From a bacterium (lineage in GTDB: Bacteria; Desulfobacterota; DSWW01), in NCBI GenBank assembly GCA_015486285.1, contig WFRX01000140.1, positions 1,621-65,620 of the forward strand: DNA of 64,000 nt, given 5' to 3'. Under the pieces are notes generated by a model. The model made no database searches, was not told the DNA's origin, and worked only from the letters and a program-made list of their open reading frames with translations. Within the stretch, counting starts at the first letter, position 1. Each line of letters opens with the position of its first letter. The position numbers and the translations under genes were made by a program. Below are positions 45,815 to 55,548 of this stretch, piece by piece.

Positions 45815-47021
45815 CCGTGGGCACGAAGTCCGCCCATTCGGCGTTCCCCTCAACGAAGTCTCCAAGCCATTGGGCAAGATCCGCGTTCGGGGCGCCGGAA
45901 ACCCGGATCCGGGGATTTCCCGGCATGGTTTTCCAGAATACGTGCCAGGTGCGGTAATTCACCCAGTCGAGCCGGCCCAGCCTCTCGAAGGTTCCATCCA
46001 CATAAAAAACGCGGGCATTGGAGACCTGGCGGAGGTCGTCGGCCACCTCGGCCAGGCCTTCCATAAACCGGCTCTCCGGAATCGTGAGCGGCAACAGGCC
46101 CGGAAACCCGAAGGAGAGCATGGAGCGCACGACCGAGTCGGCCACGCTGGAATCCAGGGCGAACCGGCCCGCCGGATGCCTTTCCAGATCAAACCGGAAC
46201 ACGCTGTCGAAACGACCGTCGCCGCACGCATTCCCGCAATCCGGCGGCGTGTTGCGGTCGTGCTTCCAGGCCTGGAGCCAGAGCTGCTGGAGTCGGTCGG
46301 TCATCGTGTCCGGCCCGAAGGGGACAGCCGAGTCGGCGTACAGGTATACCGGCGTGGCCCCGAAGGCGGACTGTGTCCGGTCATAGTTCCAGATGGCCCC
46401 GTACCCGCCTGCGCTGCTCCCGGCAAGGATGACGTGGCCGGGTTCGGGGAAGGCCTCGACAATCCTGTCCAGGAAGAGGCCGTAGTTCCTGTAGCCCACA
46501 TGGAACATCCGGTGACCGTCCGCGTATGTCGCCACTGTGTCCCCTGTATGCATGTCGCCGGTGCAGTAGGGGACGAAAACCATGTCATGGTTCCGGAAGG
46601 GATTGGCCGCGATGTGCCGGTCGAAGTAGCCGAAGTGTCCTGCTTCCGCGGCAGAGGCCGCGATTGCCGCCCAGTCCGGCGGACCGAAGCCATCGATATA
46701 GCCGGCCAATATGCCGCTCTCGCAGGTCAACTGGTTCCAGCACGCCCCGCCTCCGGTCATGAAGATCAGAAGACCTTCAGGATCTCGAGCGGCCTTATTC
46801 ACGACCAGGCCGGTCGCCTCCGGGTTCTGACCGCACCGGGTCCCGTCTACGGTCACCCACGTCCAGGCTTCATCCCTGGGCACGGCCTGGATGGAAGGGC
46901 TCGAGCGGACAGGCCCGTTTGGGGTGGAAATCTCCTCCAGCGAATCAGGCCCGTGATCCGAACCGCAACCCAGGGGGCACAAGAGGAGCCAGAAAAGGGA
47001 GATAAACAGGATACGCTTCAT
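45711..47021 (-). CDS. Pectin-acetylesterase/Notum-like (PAE family) lipoprotein hydrolase
   Basis: Lipobox LLLCPLGC|GSD; GGGACW, CTGDMHTGD, SAGG motifs. C-terminal extent uncertain. Confidence 0.55.
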   Translation of the reverse strand: MKRILFISLFWLLLCPLGCGSDHGPDSLEEISTPNGPVRSSPSIQAVPRDEAWTWVTVDGTRCGQNPEATGLVVNKAARDPEGLLIFMTGGGACWNQLTCESGILAGYIDGFGPPDWAAIAASAAEAGHFGYFDRHIAANPFRNHDMVFVPYCTGDMHTGDTVATYADGHRMFHVGYRNYGLFLDRIVEAFPEPGHVILAGSSAGGYGAIWNYDRTQSAFGATPVYLYADSAVPFGPDTMTDRLQQLWLQAWKHDRNTPPDCGNACGDGRFDSVFRFDLERHPAGRFALDSSVADSVVRSMLSFGFPGLLPLTIPESRFMEGLAEVADDLRQVSNARVFYVDGTFERLGRLDWVNYRTWHVFWKTMPGNPRIRVSGAPNADLAQWLGDFVEGNAEWADFVPTVISNQSGTCSNLFPAAAPLQRSVAPSDPVRSIPP

Positions 47022-47223
47022 AAACCTCCCTCTATCGTTTCCGCAACATCTTAGCCCACCGGCCCCGGAAGGGGCAACCGACAGGGTGGGCAGGGAGTCG
47101 TTGACGGAGGGGTGGGCAGAGGTGGTATGGTTCGAAAGAATCTCTTCGGGAGACGACCGATGGGCGAGAACGAGCCGGGGGCATCCTTGTGCCCGGTGGA
47201 GATTGTGAAGAAGGAGGAATGCG

Positions 47224-48117
47224 ATGAAAGCGGCCGCAAGACGGCAAGGCCCGACGAACCCGGCTGACAGCCGATCCCGCAGTCCACGGCGGTTCCCCGC
47301 CGCGGGCCCCGGCGGATCCGCCCGCCCCGGAAACCGCCCGATCAGGCCATGGACCCTTTGCCCGGGCCGGCCCCGGGTCCGGATCCTCGATCCCTGGGCC
47401 TGGGTCCTGTTCCTTGCGGTGATCCTCTCCCCGCTCTCCTCGCGGGCCGGGGAACCCGCTTTCCTCTCCTTCGATCACCCCCGGATGGTCGATTTCGACC
47501 TCTCTTTCAAGCGGTACATCAAGGCCCTCAAGGGTAAGCCGGACGCGGCCAAGTCCCTGGCCGCCCTGGAGACGGCCGAGGCCAAGTGGAATGCCCTTGC
47601 GGACCGGATCCCGAAGGGGGCGGAGAGGGTGCGGGCGAGGGCGGAGGCGGTCCGGGCAATGCTCCTGCTCGCCGAGGCCCGGCTCCGGCTGGACGAGACG
47701 GGCGAGGCCCTGGAACTCTCCGTCCCCATCCGTTCGGAGATCTACCTGCTCCACGAAGAGACCGGCACGCTCACCGCGGAAGACCGGATGATCTATTTCC
47801 ACAACGGGCTCCTCCACCGGGCCGAGCCCCTCATCGCCGCGGGAAGATACGCGGAGTTGGAGGCGTTGATTCCACGGATGGAGAAGGCCGCGGCCGGCTT
47901 CGAGAAGCCGCCGGCGGGGGTCGGCGACGGGAAAGAGGAATACCGCCTCCGATACCATGCCTTGCGGGAGGCCTTGAGCGCCTATGCCGCCGCGATTCGT
48001 GAGGCCAACCGGTACGTGGACCCGGAATTCGGTTCCGCCATGCTGCGCAGGAGGCTCGAAGGGGCTCAGCGGGCCGTGCATCAGAGGTTCGGGGCCCTCT
48101 ACCTCGGTTTCCCCTGA
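47224..48117 (+). CDS. Hypothetical (probably secreted) protein; true start likely downstream of 47224
   Basis: Second half has protein-like composition (KRYIKALKGKPDAAKSLAALETAEAKW...). The N-terminal part of the ORF is GC-rich and probably non-coding; no clear start codon. Confidence 0.35.
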   Translation: MKAAARRQGPTNPADSRSRSPRRFPAAGPGGSARPGNRPIRPWTLCPGRPRVRILDPWAWVLFLAVILSPLSSRAGEPAFLSFDHPRMVDFDLSFKRYIKALKGKPDAAKSLAALETAEAKWNALADRIPKGAERVRARAEAVRAMLLLAEARLRLDETGEALELSVPIRSEIYLLHEETGTLTAEDRMIYFHNGLLHRAEPLIAAGRYAELEALIPRMEKAAAGFEKPPAGVGDGKEEYRLRYHALREALSAYAAAIREANRYVDPEFGSAMLRRRLEGAQRAVHQRFGALYLGFP

Positions 48118-48200
48118 GGCACCGTCCCGGGAGGGCGATCCCTTATTTCTTCAGCCCTTTGTTCCGATGATGAAGGGAAACAGGCTACGGGAGATGTGCA

Positions 48201-48362
48201 ATGCAAAGGCTCTGCATTCTCGTCGGCATGACGCTCCTGGGCTGGGTGGGCTGGTGGCTTGGGGCGCATGAGGGGTTCATGACCGCCTTCCTTGTGAGCG
48301 GCGCAGGCAGCTTTCTGGGGGTTTACCTCGGTTGGCGTGTCCACCGCGATTACCTGGACTGA
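48201..48362 (+). CDS. Small (53 aa) putative membrane protein MQRLCILVGMTLLGWVGWWLGAHEGFMTAFLVSGAGSFLGVYLGWRVHRDYLD
   Basis: Not in the ORF track (under 60 aa). GGGAGA SD 7 nt upstream; two hydrophobic helices. Confidence 0.4.
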   Translation: MQRLCILVGMTLLGWVGWWLGAHEGFMTAFLVSGAGSFLGVYLGWRVHRDYLD

Positions 48363-48414
48363 CATTCGTCATGGGTCGGCGAACCCCGCCGGGGAGGAGG
48401 CGTCAGAGCAGAAG

Positions 48415-49152
48415 ATGAAGACGAAGAACTGTCGGCGGTTCGCCGTCCTGAAAGCGGGGACGGCCAACCCCGGGACCCGAGCGAGGCTGGGCGACTATGG
48501 CGAACGGTTCATCTCCCTGCTCTCGGAGCCGGGGGAGACCTGGCATGTCTACGACGTGGAACACGGGATCTTTCCCGAGAATGTCTCCCGGTACGACGGG
48601 TTTGTGGTTACGGGGAGCCGCTATTCGGCGTATGAGGACAGGCCGTGGATCCGGCGGCTTCTCGACCTGGTGCGCGGAATTCACGAGCGCTCGATTCGGC
48701 TGGTCGGGGTATGTTTCGGCCACCAGGCCATCGCTCTGGCACTGGGGGGAGATGTCGGACTCAACCCGAAGGGCTGGGACATCGGACTGATAGAATGGAC
48801 GCTCACCGAGGCGGCAAGGGGGCTGGCGTCCTTCCGGCAGGCACCGGACCCGGTCCGGATCCTGGTGAGCCACATGGATGTGGTCACACGCCTGCCGGAG
48901 GGGGCCGTGCGCCTTGCCTGGAGTGATCGGACGGAAGTTGAGGCCTTCGCCGTCGGCTCGTCCGTGCTCTCCATGCAGGGGCACCCGGAATACGACAGCG
49001 GCGCCGTCGAGGAGATCATTGAGCTGCTGAGCGGCCAATCGGTCCTGCCGGCCGATCGGGCCGAGGAGGGGCGGGCGTCCCTCGCCGGGGAGCCCCACAA
49101 CGCCTTTTTGCGAAATCTGTTGAAGCGATGCCTTCGGGGAGCCGGCTTGTGA
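48415..49152 (+). CDS. Class-I glutamine amidotransferase-like (GATase1) protein
   Basis: LVGVCFGHQAIA (Cys nucleophile elbow) and a GHPEYD His region. ATG 48415 with a GGAGGAGG SD. Confidence 0.7.
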   Translation: MKTKNCRRFAVLKAGTANPGTRARLGDYGERFISLLSEPGETWHVYDVEHGIFPENVSRYDGFVVTGSRYSAYEDRPWIRRLLDLVRGIHERSIRLVGVCFGHQAIALALGGDVGLNPKGWDIGLIEWTLTEAARGLASFRQAPDPVRILVSHMDVVTRLPEGAVRLAWSDRTEVEAFAVGSSVLSMQGHPEYDSGAVEEIIELLSGQSVLPADRAEEGRASLAGEPHNAFLRNLLKRCLRGAGL

Positions 49153-49244
49153 CGGGCAGGGCGGCGGCTCTCTTCCTGTCTTGAAAGCAGCGGAGCGATC
49201 TCCTATATTCGTGAAAAGGATCGGATCCGCGTGGAGCTTTTTCG

Positions 49245-49877
49245 ATGTTGATGGAAGAACTCAGGAATATGCTGAAGAAGCGGAAGTACCGGGGCTACAG
49301 CTACGGGTACGTTCTCAGATCGTTTCTGCATATCTTCCTGTATGACTGTGTGCGCTTTATCCCGTCGCCCATCGGGGAACTTTTTCGCTACCTGGAGCTG
49401 AAGATCTTCTGCAAGAAGATCGAGTCGATCTGGATTCGGGCGGGTACGGCCTTCTTCTTCCCGGAGAACATCTCCATCGGCCGGGGCGTCTCGATCAACG
49501 ACAATGTCTTCATCAACGGCGCAGGCGGCTTCGAGATCCAGGACGGCAGCGGTATCGCTTACGGGACGGCCGTTATTTCCGAGGATCACGAGATAGGCGA
49601 CCCGCGTATTCCGATCCGGGAGCAGCCGAAGATCCCGGCAAAGGTCACCATCGAGAAGCAGGTCTGGGTGGCGGCGAACTGCACCATCCTGAAGGGGGTG
49701 ACCATCGGAGAGGGCAGCGTGGTGGCGGCGGGATCGGTAGTGACGAGATCGGTGCCGCCTTACAGCATCGTGGGCGGAAACCCTGCCCGGGTCATGCGGA
49801 AGCGAAAGCTGCCGGAAGGCGAAGACGGTGGGCCCGGCCCAGGGATCGGGGATCGGGATTCCGCCCCCGACCCCTGA
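49245..49877 (+). CDS. Hexapeptide-repeat acetyltransferase (WcaF/maltose-O-acetyltransferase-like)
   Basis: Left-handed beta-helix repeats (IGRGVSINDNVFI, VWVAANCTILKGVTIGEGSVVAAGSVV); AT-richer codon usage. Confidence 0.7.
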   Translation: MLMEELRNMLKKRKYRGYSYGYVLRSFLHIFLYDCVRFIPSPIGELFRYLELKIFCKKIESIWIRAGTAFFFPENISIGRGVSINDNVFINGAGGFEIQDGSGIAYGTAVISEDHEIGDPRIPIREQPKIPAKVTIEKQVWVAANCTILKGVTIGEGSVVAAGSVVTRSVPPYSIVGGNPARVMRKRKLPEGEDGGPGPGIGDRDSAPDP

Positions 49878-49888
49878 GGAGGGTTCCG

Positions 49889-50707
49889 TTACGCGGATGC
49901 CATGTGGACCGTGGTCTGCGGGAACGGGATCTCGATGCCCTTTTCGTCGAAGACTTCTTTGATCTTGCGTGTCACATCGAATTTCACATTCCAGTAATCC
50001 GCCGCCTTGACCCAGGGGCGAACCACGAAATTGACGCTGGAATCGGCCAGCTCGGACACGGCAATCTGCGGGGGCGGATCGGCCAGGACCCTCTCGTCCT
50101 GTTTCAGGATCTCCGCAATGGTTTCATAGGCCAGCTGGATCGATGAGCCGTAACCGATCCCGATGACGAGATCCACCCGTCGGGTTTCGTTGGCCGAGAA
50201 GTTCTTGATAATGTCTCCGTAGAGCTTGCTGTTGGGCACGATGATCTGAACGTTGTCCGGGGTGGCCAGGATGGTGGTGAACAGATGGATGTCTTTCACC
50301 GCGCCGAGGACGCCTGCCGCGTCGATTACGTCGCCGACTCGAAAGGGGCGGAACGCGAGGATCAGGACGCCGGCGGCGAAGTTGGATAGGGACCCCTGCA
50401 GGGCAAAGCCGACGGCGAAGCCTGCGGCGCCTAGAACGGCTACGAAGGAAGCGGTCTGGATGCCGAATTTCGCCAGCGCGGCCAGGACGGCGAAGGTCAG
50501 TACCAGGATGTAGGTCAGACTGCCTGCGAACGAGACGATGGCCGGGTCCGCCTTCCCTTTCTCGAGCAGCCTCTTTACCACGCTGCGGAAAATCCCGGCG
50601 GCGATCCGTCCGACGATGAGGATGATGATTGCGCCGATGATCTGCAGACCGTAAGTGGTGGCGAAGTTCAACAGTTGATCGATAACGGGCTTTATCTCCA
50701 TTTCCAT
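49889..50707 (-). CDS. Small-conductance mechanosensitive channel (MscS family)
   Basis: Three TM helices plus an MscS beta-domain (FRVGDVID...DNVQIIVPNSKL). Confidence 0.85.
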   Translation of the reverse strand: MEMEIKPVIDQLLNFATTYGLQIIGAIIILIVGRIAAGIFRSVVKRLLEKGKADPAIVSFAGSLTYILVLTFAVLAALAKFGIQTASFVAVLGAAGFAVGFALQGSLSNFAAGVLILAFRPFRVGDVIDAAGVLGAVKDIHLFTTILATPDNVQIIVPNSKLYGDIIKNFSANETRRVDLVIGIGYGSSIQLAYETIAEILKQDERVLADPPPQIAVSELADSSVNFVVRPWVKAADYWNVKFDVTRKIKEVFDEKGIEIPFPQTTVHMASA

Positions 50708-50728
50708 GACGAGCCTCCTTGGGAACGG

Positions 50729-51832
50729 TTACAGGTTGAAATTGTAGCCCAGGCCGAAGATAAGCGCCGTGTCGGTCTTGTCGAATCCGGGAGACGGCTT
50801 GTTGTCGTAGGTGACGTTTGCCTGGAAGCTGGTGTAGAAGTCCTTCAGGACCGTAAACCGAATGCCCTGCTCGGTACGCAGATTCATGTCCGCAAAGTCC
50901 TCGAGGCTGAAGTAGCCCTCCTGGTAGTGGAACAGGGAAATCTTGTCCGGGATGACCTGGTAGTCGAAATTGATGGACCAGCGGCCGCCGGCGTAGCTGT
51001 TGTCGTCGGCGATCCGGAAATTCTCGTCCACGTACGAGATGCCGAGTTCAGTACTCAGCTTTGTCCGGTCGCTGTGGAAGAACTGGTAACCGACTCCCCC
51101 GCCGATCGTGCTTCGCAGGTTCAGGTCCTTGAACGGATTGTATTCGAAGTATGTATTGGCATACACATAGAGCTTCTCCGTGGTGAAGAAGTCGTACTTG
51201 ACAGACCCGCCGGCCTCCCGTGCGGTGACATCGTCGTCGTTCTCCGCGTAGTACCATCTTCCCCGGACGGTCAGGCGCTGTCGTTTGCTCCTTGCCACGA
51301 AATAGCCCGAAAGGTTCCCGCTCGTCGTGTCCGTGTTCCCGGTCAGGTAGGAAACGCCCGCCTGGACGTTCCCCTCATAGGTGACGGCCGGCACCACGGC
51401 CGGGTTGATGTCCGTGATCAGGGCCGTTTCCTCTACCGGGACGGGCCCTGCCGATTGCGTCACGACCTGCAGCGTCCCCTCTTCATTCACCTGGAGGTTT
51501 CCCTTCAGGCGCGTGCCGTCCGACAAGACCACCTCCACCGGGGCATCGGACCGGAGGGTCTTGACGGCGCTCCAGTCGATCTCCAGGGCGGCGTTGTACG
51601 GGGTTTTGATGGTGAGCTTGCCTTCCTTGAGGGTGAGGATTGTTCCGGTGATCACATCCCCGTTTGCCATGGTCACTTCATCCGCCTGTGCCGCCAGGCA
51701 GGGAGCCAGGAAAAGCAAGAGGATGCCGAGGGTGACGACGGCTCGGATGTGCCCCTCCCCTTTTCCCGTGCTCCCGTGGGCGAGGCAGACGCTGCCCCTC
51801 CGTACGTTCCCCGGTCTCGCTGCTCTTGCCAT
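50729..51832 (-). CDS. DUF481-family outer-membrane beta-barrel protein (start uncertain)
   Basis: Signal-peptide-like LGILLLFLAPCLAAQA and a DUF481-like beta-strand repeat pattern ending in YNFNL. Confidence 0.55.
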   Translation of the reverse strand: MARAARPGNVRRGSVCLAHGSTGKGEGHIRAVVTLGILLLFLAPCLAAQADEVTMANGDVITGTILTLKEGKLTIKTPYNAALEIDWSAVKTLRSDAPVEVVLSDGTRLKGNLQVNEEGTLQVVTQSAGPVPVEETALITDINPAVVPAVTYEGNVQAGVSYLTGNTDTTSGNLSGYFVARSKRQRLTVRGRWYYAENDDDVTAREAGGSVKYDFFTTEKLYVYANTYFEYNPFKDLNLRSTIGGGVGYQFFHSDRTKLSTELGISYVDENFRIADDNSYAGGRWSINFDYQVIPDKISLFHYQEGYFSLEDFADMNLRTEQGIRFTVLKDFYTSFQANVTYDNKPSPGFDKTDTALIFGLGYNFNL

Positions 51833-52185
51833 CTTTTTCCCCCTTTCCCTTGTTGCAGCCTCTATTTGCCATTCTCCTTTTTACCGCAGTATGCCGGGTC
51901 CTGCGGGCCCGGCCTTACGATCCCTGCCGAATGCGGCGGCGGACAGGCTACAACAAGCTGAAAAATTAGTAAAGAATACTGTTACTGATCTGTATCCGTA
52001 TGCCCAATGAGGGTGTCGATAAACGGAGCATCTCCCCCTTTCCGTCGTCCCCGAGCAGGCGGGGACCCCTTGGCTTCCGGGGCTCAGGGATGACGGCAAA
52101 CAGGCATTTTTCGACATCCTCCAATTGGGGGCCGGTTACATGGAAGCGGGAAGGATCGAGCCCGTAACAGAAGACACACTCAGGC

Positions 52186-52225
52186 AATAAAAAAGCGGTG
52201 AAACCGTCCCTCCCGGTTTCACCGC
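52186..52225 (-). terminator. Rho-independent terminator downstream of tRNA-Glu
   Basis: Perfect 12-bp stem GCGGTGAAACCG / CGGTTTCACCGC (52195-52206 / 52214-52225), loop TCCCTCC, followed on the minus strand by UUUUUUAUU (plus 52186-52194 AATAAAAAA). Confidence 0.8.
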
Positions 52226-52241
52226 CTGATCCTGCAAAAAA

Positions 52242-52319
52242 TGGCGTCCCCAACCGGATTCGAACCGGTGTTGCCGCCGTGAAAGGGCGGTGTCCTTGGC
52301 CAGGCTAGACGATGGGGAC
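52242..52319 (-). tRNA. tRNA-Glu (anticodon UUC)
   Basis: Minus-strand sequence GTCCCCATCGTCTAGCCTGGCC...CCGCC-CTTTCAC-GGCGG...GGTTCGAATCCGGTTGGGGACGCCA; 7-bp acceptor stem, loop CUUUCAC. Confidence 0.85.
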
Positions 52320-52383
52320 GTCTGGTGACTGCGCTATACGAAAAAGATGGAGTGCTCGACCCCTGTTTTCCCTGAGGTCCGGC

Positions 52384-52459
52384 TGGTGGGCCGTGCTGGA
52401 CTCGAACCAGCGGCTCTCTGCTTAAAAGGCAGATACTCTACCGACTGAGTTAACGGCCC
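52384..52459 (-). tRNA. tRNA-Lys (anticodon UUU)
   Basis: GGGCCGTTAACTCAGTCGGTAGAG...TCTGC-CTTTTAA-GCAGA...GGTTCGAGTCCAGCACGGCCCACCA. Confidence 0.85.
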
Positions 52460-52532
52460 TGTCCCTTAAACTTTTACATTGTACGGCTTTGGGTGGTGAA
52501 TTGCAAGGTTCGACCGGACAGCCGCTTTCAGC

Positions 52533-53831
52533 TCACGTTTCGAAAGGATTTTCGACGATGATGCTCTGCTCTCTCTGCGGCCCTACGGACATGAGAAAGA
52601 ACGGAACCCCCAGGAGCGTTTCGAGCCTCCGGACGTACCGGATCGCGTTTCCCGGCAGGTCTTCCAGGCGGCGGGCGTCCCGGATATCCTCTTGCCACCC
52701 CGGCATCTCTTCGTAGATCGGCTTTGCCCGTTCCACCTGCCGGATGTCCGCCGGAAATTCCGTGAGCCGCTTCCTGCCCACCCGGTAGCCTGTGCAGATC
52801 CGGAGCGGATCGAGGCCCGTGAGGGTGTCGAGCTTGGTCAGGGCGAGACCGGTGAATCCGTTGACCCTCACTCCATACCGTCCTACCACGGCGTCGAACC
52901 AGCCGCACCGCCTGGGCCTGCCCGTTGTGGCGCCGTATTCCGCGCCCTCGCGGCGAAGGTGCCCGCCCACCGCATCCTGGAGCTCCGTGGGAAACGGCCC
53001 TCCCCCGACACGGGTCGTATACGCCTTGATTACGCCGACGATTTCCTGGAGGAAGTAGGGCGCGATGCCGCAGCCGGCCAGCACGCCCCCAACCCCTGCG
53101 TTGGAAGAGGTAACAAACGGGTACGTGCCGTGATCGATGTCGAGCATAATGCCCTGGGCCCCCTCGAAGAGGATCTTTTTCCCCTTCAGCAGCAGGTCCT
53201 CCAAGAGCAGGGAGACGTCCGTTACGTAACGTTTCAGGCGCTTCGCATACCCGAGATACTCCTTCCGGACGGCGGCGAAAGAGAAGCCCGGCTGCTTCAA
53301 AACGTGTTTCAGGTAGGCGTTCTTTTCCTTGAGCACGGCCCGAAGCCTTTCCGCGAAGACCTCCTCGTCGAGGAGATCGACGAACCGGATACCGGCGCGG
53401 GTCGCCTTGTCTTCATAGGCCGGTCCGATACCCCTTCCGGTGGTCCCGATCTTGCCCTGCTTGCTCTTCGCCCCCTCCCGGGCGGAGTCGATCCTGCGAT
53501 GGTAGGGCATGATGATGTGCGCCCTCTCGCTGATAAAGAAATTTTTCGACGTAAGCTTGATGCCCCTCCCGGCAAGGCCTTCCATTTCCTGCAGGAGTAC
53601 CGCCGGGTCCACAACCATGCCGTTCCCGAGAACCCCCACTTTATCCTTGTGGAGGATGCCGGATGGAATCAGATGCAGGATCGTTTTTTCGCCTCGAACG
53701 ACGATCGTGTGGCCTGCATTGTTGCCGCCTGCGTAGCGGACGATAACGTTCGCCTGCTGCGCAAAAAAATCGACCACCTTCCCCTTGCCTTCATCTCCCC
53801 ACTGGGCACCTGCGACGACAACACTGTTCAT
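52533..53831 (-). CDS. purA: Adenylosuccinate synthetase
   Basis: MNSVVVAGAQWGDEGKGKVVD...; full-length match. Confidence 0.95.
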   Translation of the reverse strand: MNSVVVAGAQWGDEGKGKVVDFFAQQANVIVRYAGGNNAGHTIVVRGEKTILHLIPSGILHKDKVGVLGNGMVVDPAVLLQEMEGLAGRGIKLTSKNFFISERAHIIMPYHRRIDSAREGAKSKQGKIGTTGRGIGPAYEDKATRAGIRFVDLLDEEVFAERLRAVLKEKNAYLKHVLKQPGFSFAAVRKEYLGYAKRLKRYVTDVSLLLEDLLLKGKKILFEGAQGIMLDIDHGTYPFVTSSNAGVGGVLAGCGIAPYFLQEIVGVIKAYTTRVGGGPFPTELQDAVGGHLRREGAEYGATTGRPRRCGWFDAVVGRYGVRVNGFTGLALTKLDTLTGLDPLRICTGYRVGRKRLTEFPADIRQVERAKPIYEEMPGWQEDIRDARRLEDLPGNAIRYVRRLETLLGVPFFLMSVGPQREQSIIVENPFET

Positions 53832-53929
53832 TCGATTTTCTCCTGCGAGTCGTGGAGACTTCCCATGTCTCAGACGTTTGGGCGCAAAGGGTGCGGATCC
53901 TTCTGAAGAGGCCGGCTGGAAACGAGGGC

Positions 53930-55528
53930 CTAGTCCAGGGTAATCTGCTTGATGGAAAGAATATTCGGAAGCCGTACGGCCTGTTCCAGGACCTCCCTGG
54001 GGACCGACGCGTCCACGTTGATCAGGGCAACCGCCCTTCCCCCCGCCTGGTCCCGGCCGAGATGGAACCCTGCGATGTTGATATCGTTCTTTCCAAGCAG
54101 GACGCCGAGAGATCCGATGATGCCCGGCTTGTCCAGGTTTTCCATAATGAGCATGTGGCCCTCGAGGACGGCCTCCACAAAGTACTGGTTCATGCGCACC
54201 AGCCGCGGCGGACCGTCTTTTCCGAAGACGGCGCCTGTGAGGTTGTACTCGTCCGAACCGGATCGGAAGGTAATACTCACCTTGTTCGTGAAGTTCACGT
54301 CCCGCCTGGACGTCCCCTCCGTGACGTGAATGCCTTGGGCCTCCGCGATCAGAGGCGCATTGACGTAGTTGACCGTTTCCTCTTCGCGCATCGGTTCGAG
54401 GATGCCCTTCAAGAGGGCCACGGTCAGCGGCTTCGATTCATAATCGGCCAGCCCGCCGGAGTACTCCACGCGCACCTCTTCCAGGGGCCCGGGAACCATC
54501 TGGCTGTACAGGCTGCCGAGCCTCTCGCACAGCCGGATGTATGGACGCAGCAGGGGCAGGCTCTCCCTGCTCACGGACGGGACATTGACCGCATTGCGGA
54601 TCAGGCCCCTGGTCAGATAATCGGTGATCTGTTCGGCCACGGCTACGGCCACGTTCTCCTGCGCCTCCGCCGTGGACGCCCCCAGGTGGGGCGTGCAGAT
54701 CACGTTGTCGAGGGCCAGGAGGGGGTTTCCCTTCGGCGGTTCGGTCTCGAAGACGTCCAGGGCGGCGCCGGCCACCTTCCTGCTTTCCAGCGCCTCGAGC
54801 AGTGCCTGCTCATTCACGATTCCGCCCCGGGCGCAGTGAACCAGCATGACCCCGGCCTTCATCTTGGAGAAGGCCTCCTTGTCGACCAGATGGTGCGTAC
54901 TCTCGTTGAGCGGCACATGTACCGTGATGTAATCGGAGCGGGCGAGCAATTCATCGAGGGAGACGGCCTCCACCCCCTTCTTCTGGGCCTGTTCGGCCGT
55001 GAGATAGGGATCGTACGCGATGACGTCCATTTTCATGCCCTTGGCCCGGTCCGCGACCACGCTGCCGATCTGGCCGAGGCCGAGGACGCCCAAGGTCTTG
55101 TGGTAGAGTTCCCGCCCCTGAAACTTCTTCTTTTCCCACTTGCCCGCCTTCAGCGAGGCACACGCCTGGGGAATGTTGCGGGCCAGGGAGCAGAGCATGG
55201 AAAGGGCGTGCTCGGCGGTGGTGACCGTGTTGCCTCCCGGTGTGTTCATGACGGCGATCCCCCGCCGGGTCGCCGCCTCGATGTCGATATTATCCAGGCC
55301 GGTCCCCGCTCTGCCGACCACCTTCAGGCGATCGGCCTTCTCGATCAGATCCGCCGTAACCTTGGTCCGGCTCCTGACGACAAGGGCGTCGAAGTCCTTC
55401 AGGGACTCCGCAAGCCCTTCGGCCGTGATTTCATGGTCCACCACGGTCTCGATTTCCGGTGTCTTCTGGAAGATTTCGACTCCCCTGGGGGAGAGGTTGT
55501 CGGTGACCAGTACGCGATAGCTGCTCAT
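53930..55528 (-). CDS. serA: D-3-phosphoglycerate dehydrogenase (with ASB and ACT domains)
   Basis: 2-hydroxyacid dehydrogenase core GLGQIGSVVADRA..., a catalytic His/Glu region, and a C-terminal ACT domain (IAGFHLGRDQAGG). Confidence 0.9.
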   Translation of the reverse strand: MSSYRVLVTDNLSPRGVEIFQKTPEIETVVDHEITAEGLAESLKDFDALVVRSRTKVTADLIEKADRLKVVGRAGTGLDNIDIEAATRRGIAVMNTPGGNTVTTAEHALSMLCSLARNIPQACASLKAGKWEKKKFQGRELYHKTLGVLGLGQIGSVVADRAKGMKMDVIAYDPYLTAEQAQKKGVEAVSLDELLARSDYITVHVPLNESTHHLVDKEAFSKMKAGVMLVHCARGGIVNEQALLEALESRKVAGAALDVFETEPPKGNPLLALDNVICTPHLGASTAEAQENVAVAVAEQITDYLTRGLIRNAVNVPSVSRESLPLLRPYIRLCERLGSLYSQMVPGPLEEVRVEYSGGLADYESKPLTVALLKGILEPMREEETVNYVNAPLIAEAQGIHVTEGTSRRDVNFTNKVSITFRSGSDEYNLTGAVFGKDGPPRLVRMNQYFVEAVLEGHMLIMENLDKPGIIGSLGVLLGKNDINIAGFHLGRDQAGGRAVALINVDASVPREVLEQAVRLPNILSIKQITLD

Positions 55529-55548
55529 GTTCAGTCCTTTTTTACCCG

